Shown: piece by piece, positions 20,506 to 31,529 of the stretch
Numbering within the stretch: position 1 is the first letter of the stretch
Layout of the letters: each line of letters begins with the position of its first letter
NCBI GenBank assembly: GCA_963701295.1
Contig: OY969585.1
Span: 1,408,001-1,472,000, forward strand
Source of the DNA: Ignavibacteriota bacterium
GTDB taxonomy: Bacteria > Bacteroidota > Ignavibacteria > UBA10030
Direction: 5' to 3'
Length of the DNA: 64,000 bases
Translations under genes and position numbers: made by a program
Notes under the pieces: model-generated
The model's database searches: none
Told to the model about the DNA's origin: nothing
The model's input: the letters and a program-made list of their open reading frames with translations, nothing else

Positions 20506-22170
20506 TCATTGCTCTTTGAGCATTGGAATATGAACATTGAATTTCTTTGCATTTTCAATTGCGCGTTTGTATCCGGCATCAGCGTGACGAATAATACCCA
20601 TACCTGGATCGTACGTCAGCACTCTTTGTAACCGTGCTTCCGCTTCTCTTGTTCCATCGGCAACGACAACCATTCCAGCGTGAATCGATAATCCAATACC
20701 GACACCACCGCCGTGGTGAACGCTTACCCAGCTTGCACCACCTGTAGCATTGAGCAGCGCGTTGAGAATGGGCCAATCGGCTATGGCGTCACTGCCGTCA
20801 AGCATCTTCTCGGTTTCGCGATTTGGCGATGCAACACTACCGCAATCAAGATGATCGCGGCCAATGACGAGGGGGGCGCTTACTTCACCATGAGCGACAA
20901 GATTATTGAAGATCGTTCCCATCTTTGCACGTTCGCCATATCCCAGCCAGCAAATACGAGCTGGTAACCCTTGGAAATCAACTTCATTCTGCGCCTTTTC
21001 AATCCAGGTACAGAGCTGCTTGTTTTTAGCAAAAGTTTCTAACACTGCACGATCTGTGCGATAAATATCTTCAGGATCACCGGAGAGTGCTGCCCACCTG
21101 AATGGGCCCTTACCATCACAAAAAAGAGGACGGATGTATTCCGGCACAAACCCGGGAATGTCAAATGCTTTCTTAACTCCGCTTGCCAATGCCTCACCGC
21201 GGATATTGTTGCCGTAATCGAAAACGATCGCACCTTTCTGCTTCAGTTTCAGTAATCCCTTAACATGTTCAGCGATGGAATTCTGAGAAAGTGCAATATA
21301 TTTCTGTGGGTTCTTTTTGCGAAGTTTAAGCGCTTGTGCATATGGCATTCCGGCAGGCACATAACCATTCAGTGTATCGTGTGCGGATGTTTGGTCGGTA
21401 ACGATATCCGGCAAAAACTTTCCCGCGGCAATCTTCGGAATAATATCTGCGGCATTGCCGAGTAAGCCGACAGAGAGCGGCAATTTTTTTTCCTTGGCGG
21501 CACGCACTTGTGCAAGTGCATCATCAAGATTATTTGTCATGGTATCGAGGTAACTTGTTTCAAGTCGACGTTTAATTCTGTGGAGATCAACCTCAACGAC
21601 GAGACAAGCGGCACCGTTCATAGTTGCAGCAAGCGGTTGAGCGCCTCCCATACCGCCGAGCCCAGCGGTGAGTAAAAATTTACCGGCAAGATTCCCATGA
21701 AAATGTTTTGCCGCTGCCGCCGCAAATGTTTCGTACGTTCCCTGAAGAATTCCCTGTGTGCCGATATACATCCAGCTTCCGGCTGTCATCTGGCCATACA
21801 TTGTCAGACCAAGAGCTTCCAATTTACGAAATTCATCCCATGTTGCCCACTTTGGTACTGACATGGAATTGCTGATGAGCACGCGCGGTGCGTACTCATG
21901 CGTTTTAAATATTCCAACAGGTTTACCAGATTGAACGAGCAGCGTTTCATCGTTTTCTAAATTTTTCAGACTCTCCACAATGGCGTCATAACATTGCCAA
22001 TTGCGAGCGGCTTTTCCAGTTCCGCCATAGACAATCAACTCCTGGGGTTTTTCGGCGACCTCAGGATCGAGGTTGTTCATCAGCATACGCAGCGCAGCTT
22101 CCTGAATCCAGCCCTTACAGGTGAGTTGCGTGCCGTGTGGAGCGCGAATGCTGCGAGGTGACTGTCTCAT
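20506..22170 (-). CDS. hutU: Urocanate hydratase
   Basis: [48 protein letters not shown]. Confidence 0.98.
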   Translation of the reverse strand: MRQSPRSIRAPHGTQLTCKGWIQEAALRMLMNNLDPEVAEKPQELIVYGGTGKAARNWQCYDAIVESLKNLENDETLLVQSGKPVGIFKTHEYAPRVLISNSMSVPKWATWDEFRKLEALGLTMYGQMTAGSWMYIGTQGILQGTYETFAAAAAKHFHGNLAGKFLLTAGLGGMGGAQPLAATMNGAACLVVEVDLHRIKRRLETSYLDTMTNNLDDALAQVRAAKEKKLPLSVGLLGNAADIIPKIAAGKFLPDIVTDQTSAHDTLNGYVPAGMPYAQALKLRKKNPQKYIALSQNSIAEHVKGLLKLKQKGAIVFDYGNNIRGEALASGVKKAFDIPGFVPEYIRPLFCDGKGPFRWAALSGDPEDIYRTDRAVLETFAKNKQLCTWIEKAQNEVDFQGLPARICWLGYGERAKMGTIFNNLVAHGEVSAPLVIGRDHLDCGSVASPNRETEKMLDGSDAIADWPILNALLNATGGASWVSVHHGGGVGIGLSIHAGMVVVADGTREAEARLQRVLTYDPGMGIIRHADAGYKRAIENAKKFNVHIPMLKEQ

Positions 22171-22247
22171 AGATGTCCTCAGTAAAACTTAGCGTTCTTT
22201 ATCGATAATTTATGATTTGCAATTGGAGCCGACAGTCTCGCGTCGTA

Positions 22248-22730
22248 TCAAAGTTTATACCCGATTTTCCGCAAGAAGTCTTTCCTCCACTTAATGTCGG
22301 TATCAGTTTCGATGCCTTTGGTTTTCATCCCATCGATGATACCGAGGATACCGCGGCCCTGTTCGGTCTCTGCGACAATGACTTCCACGGCATTTGCCGT
22401 AGCACAGTAAATGGTGCAAACTTCCGGAATGTTCTTGATGGTGTTGAGAATGTTGACCGGGAATCCGTTTTCCATGAAGAGAATAAAACAGTGTCCACAT
22501 GAAAGTGTCATTGCGTTTTTCTTCGCCATCTCAATGAGCGTGTCGTTATTACCGGTCCAACGGACAAGAGTATTACCGGAAGATTCGCAGAATCCAAGTC
22601 CAAATTTCATTTGCGGATTTGTTTGTACGACGGCTTCATAAATGTCTTCTACCGTTTTAATAAAATGTGATTGTCCCAGGATAAAATTTGTACTCTCAGG
22701 TTTGTCAATTTTTACGACTTTCAGTTCCAT
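22248..22730 (-). CDS. Adenosine-specific kinase-like protein (DUF355/Adenosine_kin family)
   Basis: NFILGQSHFIKTVED, FCESSG, GHCF, IYCATAN, GRGILG, FLRKIGYK; AGGAGG RBS. Confidence 0.88.
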   Translation of the reverse strand: MELKVVKIDKPESTNFILGQSHFIKTVEDIYEAVVQTNPQMKFGLGFCESSGNTLVRWTGNNDTLIEMAKKNAMTLSCGHCFILFMENGFPVNILNTIKNIPEVCTIYCATANAVEVIVAETEQGRGILGIIDGMKTKGIETDTDIKWRKDFLRKIGYKL

Positions 22731-22750
22731 ACAATCATCTCCTCCTACGG

Positions 22751-23236
22751 TTAGATGAATTTTGAAATTGTCTCAACATGTATAAGTTGCTTCAATATCC
22801 CTGTTCCCGGGCGAAGAGGTTCAAGAACTTCGACAAGTGCCAGGCTGCATTTCTTCATTTCAATATCAATCTTATGATCTCCACCAATCAACAATGAAAT
22901 TGTGTCGGAGAGAAACGGTTCATGTCCGACGAGGAGCACAGATTCGACATTGAATTCAGTGATCTGTTTGAATAATTGTTTAGGATGAGTACCGTTCACG
23001 AGATATTCGGACGCTTCCATACGCGGCGCGTTGATGAGCGATTGCACGATTGCTCCTGTTTCACAAGCTCGTGTCAGAGGACTTGTAAAAATGATATTAA
23101 TATTTGTTTTGGTGTGGCGAAGAAATTTACCAATGTATGCGGCTTGCTTGTGTCCGAGATCGGTCAGCGGACGTTCATTATCATCGAAGCGGGAATGAGA
23201 GGAAGCATCACCGTGTCGAAGGAAATAGATCAGCAT
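22751..23236 (-). CDS. sixA: Phosphohistidine phosphatase SixA
   Basis: IYFLRHGDA, RPLT..G, SPLTRACET, LLVGHEP. Confidence 0.88.
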   Translation of the reverse strand: MLIYFLRHGDASSHSRFDDNERPLTDLGHKQAAYIGKFLRHTKTNINIIFTSPLTRACETGAIVQSLINAPRMEASEYLVNGTHPKQLFKQITEFNVESVLLVGHEPFLSDTISLLIGGDHKIDIEMKKCSLALVEVLEPLRPGTGILKQLIHVETISKFI

Positions 23237-23298
23237 AATGTGGTGCCGATGTTTTAGATGCCGCGTATGTAAACAGAAAGAGCAGGTAGATGGACCTG

Positions 23299-24678
23299 TT
23301 ACTCTTTTGTTAAATTGTATTGTTGGATTTTTGTGTACAGTGTTTTGAGACTGATACTGAGAATCTGTGCCGCGGTGTTTTTATTCCATCCAACGGTTTT
23401 TAGGACTCCTTCAATGTGTGCTTTTTCTATATCGCGAATCGACACAGCGCTTCCTATTTGCGGACCGGTTGCCGTTCCCACCGTTTCTCTAAGCAAAGCA
23501 GGTCGTCTGCCGATGGGGAGAGAGATGTCTTCAATGCAGATCAGATTATCTTTGCATAAAATGCTGGCGCGCTCGATGACATTTTCCAATTCGCGAACGT
23601 TGCCAGGCCAGTCATACTTCATGAGAAGTTCGAGTGCTTTCGGTTCCATCATTTTAAGTTCACGGGGATGCACACGGCTTTTTAAAAAGTAATCTACCAG
23701 CATGGGAATATCATCCGGCCGTTCGCGCAGCGACGGTACCGACAGTGTAATGACATTAATGCGGTACAGCAAGTCCTCACGAAAATCTCCTGTGCCTACT
23801 TCGTCGTGCAAATTTTTATTCGTGGCGGAGATAACCCGTACATCTGATTTGAGATTCTTGTTGCCTCCCACACGCCGGTATTCTCCTGTTTGAAGGAAAC
23901 GCAAGAGTTTCGGTTGAATCATTAAACTAATCTCGCCGATTTCATCGAGGAAGAGTGTGCCGCCGTTTGCGATTTCAACAAGACCCTGTTTCATTGCGTG
24001 TGCATCGGTGAACGCACCTTTTTCATGGCCGAACAGCTCGCTTTCGAGTAAATTTTCTGGAATAGAAGCGCAGTTTAATGCAACGAACTGCATATCCTTG
24101 CGATAACTGTTTTTGTGCAGGAAGTTAGCGATGAGTTCTTTCCCCGTGCCGCTTGCTCCTTGAATGAGTACCGGAGAATCGGTTGGCGCAACTTTCGCAG
24201 TGATGTTGAGTAATTCCAACATTATTTTGCTTTCGCCAATAATATTACTGGTACTTGTGTGGCGTGCAAGTTCGGATTTGAGAACTTTATTCTCGATACT
24301 GAGCCGCTTACGTTCGACTGCACGTTCAATGACTGCTATCAACTCTTCACTTCCATATGGCTTGGTAATATAATTGTATGCCCCTAATTGCATACACTCA
24401 ACCGCGATCTTCACGTCATGAACACCGGTAAGCATAATAACTTGTGTGTCATAGGAGTGCTCACGGATGAATTTCAATACCTCTACACCATCCACGCGAG
24501 GAAGTTTAATATCCAACAGTACAAGATCGAATGTTCGCTTCTGGAGGGCATTAATTGCCATGACGCCGTCTTTTGCTGTTTCGACCTTGTAACCTTCTTG
24601 GATGAGCATTGTCTCGAGGACTTGAAGAAAAGGTTCTTCGTCATCGACAGCGAGAATGGAAATGGTTTCTGGTTTCAT
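23299..24678 (-). CDS. Sigma54-dependent response regulator (NtrC family: REC-AAA+-HTH)
   Basis: [48 protein letters not shown], Fis-type HTH. Confidence 0.95.
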   Translation of the reverse strand: MKPETISILAVDDEEPFLQVLETMLIQEGYKVETAKDGVMAINALQKRTFDLVLLDIKLPRVDGVEVLKFIREHSYDTQVIMLTGVHDVKIAVECMQLGAYNYITKPYGSEELIAVIERAVERKRLSIENKVLKSELARHTSTSNIIGESKIMLELLNITAKVAPTDSPVLIQGASGTGKELIANFLHKNSYRKDMQFVALNCASIPENLLESELFGHEKGAFTDAHAMKQGLVEIANGGTLFLDEIGEISLMIQPKLLRFLQTGEYRRVGGNKNLKSDVRVISATNKNLHDEVGTGDFREDLLYRINVITLSVPSLRERPDDIPMLVDYFLKSRVHPRELKMMEPKALELLMKYDWPGNVRELENVIERASILCKDNLICIEDISLPIGRRPALLRETVGTATGPQIGSAVSIRDIEKAHIEGVLKTVGWNKNTAAQILSISLKTLYTKIQQYNLTKE

Positions 24679-24702
24679 AAGTGTATAAAAATGAGTACAT
24701 CG

Positions 24703-25809
24703 TTATCGAATCGGAAGCGCAAAATAAAAGGTTGCTCCTTTGCCGGTTTCCGATTCTACCCAAATTTTTCCGTTGTGTGCTTCGATAATACGTTGTGAAA
24801 TAATCAATCCGAGACCTGTCGACTTATCCTTGTTCGATTTGCCAGAAACAAGATCGCGGTAACGGTCGAAGATCAGCGACAGTCTTTCTTGTGGGATCCC
24901 GGATCCGCTATTAAATACCGAGACGATTTCATGATCTGTTGGTTGTTGTCCTTCCTCAAGTACAATTGCAACCTTGCGTACTTGCACGACGATTGCACCT
25001 TGTGACGGTGTGTGTTGTACAGCGTTACTTAAAAAATTATGCAACACTTGGTCAATTTTTTCTGCGTCGTACTCCAACGGCAGCAAATCAGGTTCGGTAT
25101 AAAAATCCAGTGTGATTTTGCTTGATTGGATAGGAACGCGAAATTCCTGTATGGCATTTTGTACCGATGTACCAAGATTGCCAATGCCTTTATTCAATCG
25201 TACTCTCCCACCTTCAAGCTTTGTCAAGTCCATCATGTCAGTGAGAAGGCCGATCACCTTATCGATGGAAGTAGTCATGTATCCAAGGAGTTCCTTCTGG
25301 TGGTCGCCGAGTGAGCCAGCCATTCCTTTCAATAAGTACCCAATACTTTGGCGAAGTCCGGCAATAGGATTGTGGAGATCGAAGAGCAAGCGAGCTGTAT
25401 GTTCCGTTTGCAGGCGTCGAATACGGTCTTCAGCGTCACGTGCCTGAATGATGCCCTTGAGCTGTGGAACGAGCTGGTCCATATCGATGGGCTTGGTAAG
25501 ATATTCCTTTGCTCCAAGCTTCATTGCTTCCACTGCCATACTGACGTCACTCATACCGGTCATCATAACAACTTCTGTTTGTGCTGAATTCTTTTTGATG
25601 TAACGCAATACTTCCAAACCGTTTGCACCGGGCATCTTGATGTCGAGGAGTGCTATGTCATAATCTTTTACCTGTGTCTTTTTAATCGCTTCGACACCAT
25701 CTCCAACCTCTTCGACTTCAAATCCTTCATCACTCAGCCACGCCGCGATGGTCATCCGCAAGGGCTCTTCGTCGTCAGCAATAAGGACCTGAATTTTATC
25801 TTCGCTCAT
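24703..25809 (-). CDS. Hybrid REC-HisKA-HATPase protein with non-canonical H-box
   Basis: N-terminal REC (ADDE, LLDIKMP, TG, KP); LLFDLHNP at the H-box; NFLSNAV; TGLGL; GKGATF. Confidence 0.85.
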   Translation of the reverse strand: MSEDKIQVLIADDEEPLRMTIAAWLSDEGFEVEEVGDGVEAIKKTQVKDYDIALLDIKMPGANGLEVLRYIKKNSAQTEVVMMTGMSDVSMAVEAMKLGAKEYLTKPIDMDQLVPQLKGIIQARDAEDRIRRLQTEHTARLLFDLHNPIAGLRQSIGYLLKGMAGSLGDHQKELLGYMTTSIDKVIGLLTDMMDLTKLEGGRVRLNKGIGNLGTSVQNAIQEFRVPIQSSKITLDFYTEPDLLPLEYDAEKIDQVLHNFLSNAVQHTPSQGAIVVQVRKVAIVLEEGQQPTDHEIVSVFNSGSGIPQERLSLIFDRYRDLVSGKSNKDKSTGLGLIISQRIIEAHNGKIWVESETGKGATFYFALPIR

Positions 25810-25975
25810 ACATGGTCACTCATATCAATGCACAGAAAATATTTATTGCAACCCGCTACTGGAAAGGCTTGACCACCGCGAATTATCATTGTTAACATAA
25901 TCTACCGCTGGAGATAATAAACAGATTCACCTGAAAAGTCAATTGCTTTCTCCTCTTTATGGTCTCAAAGAAAAG

Positions 25976-26004
25976 TTGAATTTGACGATACACACTACTA
26001 CATT
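25976..26004 (+). promoter_or_regulatory. Candidate sigma70-type promoter for hutH
   Basis: TTGAAT-N17-TACATT ending 35 nt before the hutH ATG. Confidence 0.35.
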
Positions 26005-26039
26005 AGACCACTAATTTTAATAATACCTATGGTTTTGTT

Positions 26040-27611
26040 ATGAAAAATCACATCCTCGATGGCAATCGGCTTACCATTCCTCAAGTATTTGACCTCGCGC
26101 ACGAAACAGCCCGTGCGAGGCTGAGTTCAACTACGAAGCGAAAAATTATTCACGCAAGAGGACTTATTGATCGCTGGATAAACAAGGGCGAGACAGTCTA
26201 TGGTGTAACGACCGGTTTTGGAGAGTTTTCTAATGTATGCGTGAGAAGGGAAGATATTGAACTGCTCCAAGAAAATCTTATTTTTAGTCATGCTGCTGGC
26301 GCCGGGGACATGCTACCAGCAGAAATAGTGCGTGCGATGATGGTATTGCGGGTCAATGCACTGGCGAAAGGATATTCTGGAATTCGGCTTTCGACCGTGG
26401 AATTGCTGATGGAAATGTTGAACCACAACATTGTTCCGATCATTCCGTCACAAGGATCCGTTGGCGCAAGCGGGGATCTGGTGCAGCTTGCACACCTAGT
26501 GCTGGCGATGATGGGGAAGGGAAAGGCATGGGTTAAGGGAGAAGGGAGAAGTGAAAAAGGGAAAGTGGTGAATGCTGCAACTGCATTACGACGCAATAAA
26601 CTTCAACCAGTCAAGCTGACGGCGAAAGAAGGACTTGCATTGATTAATGGTACGCAAATGATGACGGCATACGCAGCACTGGCGGTTCATCAGGCGAAAC
26701 GCTTAGCAAAGCTCGCTGACGTCGCATCGGCGATTAGTGTAGAGACACTGCGGGGAAGTGATACGGCATACGACGAACGTATTCATCAGCTTCGTCCTTA
26801 TAAAGGGCAATTAACGGTTGCGAAAAATATGCGGAGACTCATGTGCAACAGCGAACTTCGTGAATCGCATCGTCGTAATGACGCGCGCGTACAGGATGCG
26901 TATTCGATACGGTGTATTCCGCAAGTGCATGGCGCCTCACGCGATGCAATCGACTATGTCTACGACAAGGTTTCCATTGAGATCAATTCGGCGAATGACA
27001 ATCCGCTTATCTTTCCGAAAGATGGTATCCATCTTGAAGGCGGCAATTTTCACGGTCAGCCAATGGCTCTTGCGATGGATTTTCTTGCTATCGCACTATC
27101 GGAGCTTGCAAATATTTCAGAGCGCCGTATTGAACGATTGGTGAACGGTTCACTCAGCGGCCTGCCGAGATTTCTCACGTCCAACGGCGGACTCAACTCT
27201 GGCTTAATGATTGCGCAGTACACTGCTGCATCACTTGTGTCTGAAAATAAAGTATTGGCACATCCCGCAAGTGTAGATTCTATCCCGACATCTGCCAATC
27301 AAGAGGACCACAATAGCATGGGTTCCATCAGCGCACAAAAGGCATGGCGTGTATTAAAAAATACGCAAACGGTTCTTGCTATTGAGCTTCTCTGTGCATG
27401 TCAGGGGATGGATTTTGCCCGGGCACTGAAACATTCGAAACCGCTTAAGTCTGGTGCAGGAACAGAAGCAGCATATCGGTTTGTTCGAAAACATATCAAG
27501 CATCTCGAGCGGGATCGAGTGCTGTACGATGATATTCAGAAAGCGCTCGGATTGATCGAGAATGGAAGTGTACTCAATACAGTTGAAAGAAGAATAGGAT
27601 TCTTGGATTGA
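26040..27611 (+). CDS. hutH: Histidine ammonia-lyase
   Basis: YGVTTGFG, GSVGASGDL (MIO-forming ASG), KEGLALING, QDAYSIRC, GGNFHG, NQEDHNSM. Confidence 0.96.
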   Translation: MKNHILDGNRLTIPQVFDLAHETARARLSSTTKRKIIHARGLIDRWINKGETVYGVTTGFGEFSNVCVRREDIELLQENLIFSHAAGAGDMLPAEIVRAMMVLRVNALAKGYSGIRLSTVELLMEMLNHNIVPIIPSQGSVGASGDLVQLAHLVLAMMGKGKAWVKGEGRSEKGKVVNAATALRRNKLQPVKLTAKEGLALINGTQMMTAYAALAVHQAKRLAKLADVASAISVETLRGSDTAYDERIHQLRPYKGQLTVAKNMRRLMCNSELRESHRRNDARVQDAYSIRCIPQVHGASRDAIDYVYDKVSIEINSANDNPLIFPKDGIHLEGGNFHGQPMALAMDFLAIALSELANISERRIERLVNGSLSGLPRFLTSNGGLNSGLMIAQYTAASLVSENKVLAHPASVDSIPTSANQEDHNSMGSISAQKAWRVLKNTQTVLAIELLCACQGMDFARALKHSKPLKSGAGTEAAYRFVRKHIKHLERDRVLYDDIQKALGLIENGSVLNTVERRIGFLD

Positions 27612-27655
27612 CGAATGAATAAGTCTTCAAAGAGAAGGACATTCTATGAAATTAT

Positions 27656-29413
27656 TTGTACTACTCTCAAGCCGGATTCGTTAGTGCGAGAAAAATACTC
27701 CAACATATAGGTTGTGATATGGTTCAGGATTGCTCTTCTATGAGAGATAGAATTAAAGCCCACTGGTCTATTCTTGTTGCACTCATCACCCTTTGGGTAA
27801 TAATGACAATGTTGACCATGTCATTTATTCAACAAACAAGAGGACATTTTATATATACATTGGATGATGCATACATCCATATGGCGATGGCGAAGAATAT
27901 AGCGCTGCATGGCGTGTATGGCGTAACGCCGTATGAGTTTAGTTCGTCGTCCTCTTCTATTCTGTGGACATTGTCGCTTGCTGGTGCCTACTGGCTGTTT
28001 GGCGTGCGGGAAATACTACCGTTGTTTCTCAATATACTATTAGCTTCATGTGCTTTGGCAGCGGCATATTGTTTCCTGAAACGTGAAATGTCCAATCAGA
28101 TTGTGTTGTTGTTGGTATTGCTCGCTATAATATTTTTAACACCGCTTCCGGCAATGATATTTTGTGGTATGGAACACGTGCTGCATATTCTTCTTGTGTT
28201 TCTCTTCCTTCCAATTGCAGGGCGTGTCCTGCTGGAAAAGGAACCGACACGACAAAACACATCATCTCTTTTTCTTGTCACGGTATTATTGGTGTTAACA
28301 CGCTTCGAAAGCTATGCACTTGTTGGAATGGTGCTTGCATTGTTCTTGTTTCAAAAACGATGGAAAATTGCTTGCGCAATTTTTGCTTCGGCTGCATTAC
28401 CGTTACTCATCTATCAATATATTTCCATTGTGCATGGATGGTCATGGCTGCCCAATTCTATCCTTCTTCGTTCCAATGTGCCGGATATATTCAACAGCCA
28501 GCAGGCGATTGAAATCAGTTTGAGTTCGTTGTTTCAGCGAACAGGATTCTTTGCGAATTATTTTCACAACATTCTTGCGGGCGCTCATCTGTATGTCCTT
28601 GCGTTGACGGAGCTGGTTCTAGGTGTTATTATATTAATGCGAACACGAACGATGTGGACTTTATCAACGCTGTCGTTGGTACTTTTTGTTGTGTCAGCGT
28701 TTGCCCACCTTCAATTTGGCAAGGTTGGACATTTTTTTCGCTATGAATCGTATCTTATTGCATGGGGTATTCTTGCTTTTGCAGTTGTCTGTGCCGAACT
28801 TCTTAAATCATTTCATATAACGCCTGCCATCATACAGAAACGATGGACCGTTGGAGTCGTCATTGCAGGCATAGGCGCTCTTTTTTTAAAGCCACTTTTT
28901 TCTCGCGGGCTAGACGCATGGAATAAACTTCCTATGGCAAGCCGCAATATTTATGAACAACAATACCAAATGGGATTATTCTTGCAGAAATATTATCCTA
29001 CTGCAGTTGTGGCTGCCAACGATATTGGCGCTATTTCATTTTTAACAAATATTAAAGTGTTGGATTTGGTGGGTTTAGCAAGCGCAGATGTGCTCAATCT
29101 AAAAATGCATCATAGATACTCTCAAGAACAAGTAGAGATGCTTTTGCAACGTGCGGGGACACAGATTGCCGTTGTCTATGACTCGTGGCTGTACATGTCC
29201 GGACTCAATGCAAATTCTATGGGATGGAAAAAGGCGGGAGAATGGAAAATTCAGAATAATGTTGTGTGTGGTAGCGATAGGGTCTCTTTTTATGCCGTAC
29301 AACCGAAAGAAGAAACATTGCTACAAAAACATTTGCAGGAATATTCTGAAATACTGCCCCGAACAATCGTGCAGCATGGCAGTTATCTGCAATTATCAAA
29401 CGAAGTAAAATGA
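27656..29413 (+). CDS. Polytopic membrane protein, GT-C-like glycosyltransferase (start uncertain)
   Basis: DDAYIH after first TM helix, GME, R.E, many TM segments, C-terminal DIGAISF...DLVGL. Confidence 0.65.
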   Translation: MYYSQAGFVSARKILQHIGCDMVQDCSSMRDRIKAHWSILVALITLWVIMTMLTMSFIQQTRGHFIYTLDDAYIHMAMAKNIALHGVYGVTPYEFSSSSSSILWTLSLAGAYWLFGVREILPLFLNILLASCALAAAYCFLKREMSNQIVLLLVLLAIIFLTPLPAMIFCGMEHVLHILLVFLFLPIAGRVLLEKEPTRQNTSSLFLVTVLLVLTRFESYALVGMVLALFLFQKRWKIACAIFASAALPLLIYQYISIVHGWSWLPNSILLRSNVPDIFNSQQAIEISLSSLFQRTGFFANYFHNILAGAHLYVLALTELVLGVIILMRTRTMWTLSTLSLVLFVVSAFAHLQFGKVGHFFRYESYLIAWGILAFAVVCAELLKSFHITPAIIQKRWTVGVVIAGIGALFLKPLFSRGLDAWNKLPMASRNIYEQQYQMGLFLQKYYPTAVVAANDIGAISFLTNIKVLDLVGLASADVLNLKMHHRYSQEQVEMLLQRAGTQIAVVYDSWLYMSGLNANSMGWKKAGEWKIQNNVVCGSDRVSFYAVQPKEETLLQKHLQEYSEILPRTIVQHGSYLQLSNEVK

Positions 29414-29498
29414 AACTTAGTACCAATTCGTGAGAGAAACAATTATGTCGATAACCATTGTAATGCATCTGATGGCTGTGTTTTTTTTGGGAGGTTCT

Positions 29499-30122
29499 AT
29501 GAATATCAATAATATTCACTGGCTGGGACACGCATCGTTTCGGATTGAAGATAACAAAAAAGAAATCTATATCGATCCATGGAAGATTTCGGAAAAATCC
29601 CCCAAGGCCGATATGATCTTTATTACCCACGGTCATTATGACCACTTCTCTCCGGAGGATATAGCAAAGATACGAACGAAAAAAACGATTCTGGTAGCGC
29701 CAAAGAATATTGCTGGTCAATTTCACGGAAACGTTATTGCCGTCGAACCGGGGAAAACATATGAAATCGGTTCTCTCAAAGTTACGACTGTTCCAGCGTA
29801 CAACATTAATAAGAAATTTCATCCGAAAGAAAACGGCTGGGTGGGATATATCATAACTTTGTCCAACGGTGAAAGAATCTATCACTCCGGCGATACAGAT
29901 TTTATTCCGGAGATGAAAAAGATCGTTGCGGATGTTGCTATGATGCCTTGCGGCGGAACTTATACAATGACCGCGGCAGAAGTGGCGGAAGCGGCCAATT
30001 CCTTTAAGCCGAAAATATTGATTCCCATGCACTGGGGAGATATTGTCGGCTCGAAAGCAGATGCAGAGGAAGTGAAAAAGCTTTATAAAGGTGAGACGGT
30101 GATTTTAAAACCTGAACGTTAA
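29499..30122 (+). CDS. MBL-fold metallo-hydrolase
   Basis: WLGHASF, THGHYDH, YHSGDT, IPMHW; GGAGG RBS before ATG 29499 (a longer start at 29430 is possible). Confidence 0.9.
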   Translation: MNINNIHWLGHASFRIEDNKKEIYIDPWKISEKSPKADMIFITHGHYDHFSPEDIAKIRTKKTILVAPKNIAGQFHGNVIAVEPGKTYEIGSLKVTTVPAYNINKKFHPKENGWVGYIITLSNGERIYHSGDTDFIPEMKKIVADVAMMPCGGTYTMTAAEVAEAANSFKPKILIPMHWGDIVGSKADAEEVKKLYKGETVILKPER

Positions 30123-30254
30123 GGTTATTCCGCTGGTTCCTCAGATTTATAGCTGATCGCGCATTACGCAAATGAGATTATTATCGTTGAATCAGTGAAA
30201 AAGAAAATTTGTAAAATTCTTCATCTATTTATCTCAATCTGAGCAATCAGTTAA

Positions 30255-31517
30255 TCATTTTTTCTTCATCTGAAGAAAACGCTCTCGATCACGCCGGTGA
30301 ATTCGCATCTTCATCCTAACATGTTCTCCTTCATATGCTCGTTCCAGTACTTCGCCGATATCATACAATTGCGCGATGAGCCTTTGACGCAAGTTTGGCA
30401 ATACGATTTCTTCAATAGTAAATTCCTTTTCCAGCAGTTTGGTAACTTCATCTTTGAGCCCGGCGATATTGATTCCTCGTGTTGCAGAAATGAAAACTCG
30501 ATTCGGGTGCTTCTCTGCAAGTGCCGATATAATATTTCGGTCTTGGAGTAGGTCGATCTTATTGAATACGATGAGAGTTGAAGTGTCGCCTGCACCGAGA
30601 TCTTCCAAGGTCTCTTGCACGACGTTAATTTGGTCCTCGTAAAACGGACTCGAGATATCTACGATATGCAAAAGAATGTCCGCCTCGGTTATTTCCTCCA
30701 ATGTACTCTTGAACGACGCCACAAGATGATGTGGGAGTTTTTTGATAAACCCTACGGTATCCGTCATAAGAATAGAGACGGCTGAATTGAGCGGGACGAG
30801 TCGAGTTGTCGGATCGAGCGTTGCGAAGAGCCGGTTTTCCACAAAAACATCGGAGCCGGAAAGCAGGTTTAAAAGCGTCGATTTACCGACATTGGTGTAC
30901 CCAACGAGCGCAGCGCGTGTATGTTTCGTCCGTCCTTTACGTTGCGTGACACGCTGTTGCGAGATGCGTTCCAGCTTTTCTTTCAGATGACTGATACGTG
31001 TGCGTATTAACCGACGGTCCGTCTCGATCTGTGTCTCACCGGGTCCTTTGGTACCGATGCCACCAAATTGTTTCGACAAATGTGTCCATTGACGTGTCAA
31101 GCGAGGCAGCAGATACTCGAGCTGTGCTAGTTCTACCTGTGTTTTCGCTTCGCTGGACTTTGCACGTGTTGCGAATATGTCAAGAATCAGACCGCTGCGG
31201 TCGACCACCTTACATTCAAGAAGACTCTCAAGATTCCGCACCTGTGCCGGTGTGAGATCGTCGTCAAAAATGACAAGCGGTATCTTTTCTTCTTGCAGTC
31301 GTTTGTGTAACTCTTCGACTTTTCCTTTTCCGATAAACGTTGCAGGTTCAGGATGATCACGATCCTGTGTTAATCTGCCTACAACTTCTGCTCCTGCTGT
31401 ATCAGCAAGTAATGCGAGCTCAGTAAGAGATTCGTCAACTTCCGTTTTGGAAGTAAGACGTGAAGGCATTCCAACGAGAATGCATTTTTCTTTTCCGGCT
31501 TGGGCTAATTCAATCAT
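30255..31517 (-). CDS. hflX: Ribosome-splitting GTPase HflX
   Basis: GPGETQIETDRR, GYTNVGKST, LFATLDPT, DTVGF, NKID. Confidence 0.97.
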   Translation of the reverse strand: MIELAQAGKEKCILVGMPSRLTSKTEVDESLTELALLADTAGAEVVGRLTQDRDHPEPATFIGKGKVEELHKRLQEEKIPLVIFDDDLTPAQVRNLESLLECKVVDRSGLILDIFATRAKSSEAKTQVELAQLEYLLPRLTRQWTHLSKQFGGIGTKGPGETQIETDRRLIRTRISHLKEKLERISQQRVTQRKGRTKHTRAALVGYTNVGKSTLLNLLSGSDVFVENRLFATLDPTTRLVPLNSAVSILMTDTVGFIKKLPHHLVASFKSTLEEITEADILLHIVDISSPFYEDQINVVQETLEDLGAGDTSTLIVFNKIDLLQDRNIISALAEKHPNRVFISATRGINIAGLKDEVTKLLEKEFTIEEIVLPNLRQRLIAQLYDIGEVLERAYEGEHVRMKMRIHRRDRERFLQMKKK

Positions 31518-31529
31518 AGGCGTTTTTGA

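Noticed and set aside
22171-22247. Sigma54 promoter upstream of hutU
   Set aside because: Best match GGctccaattGC has 8 nt between GG and GC, not the required 10
24000-24030. GAFTDA instead of GAFTGA in the sigma54 activator
   Set aside because: Common natural variant; the key Phe and Thr are retained
29217-30032. 271-aa minus-strand ORF
   Set aside because: Antisense shadow of the MBL hydrolase with no motifs; the same applies to the other short overlapping ORFs in the track
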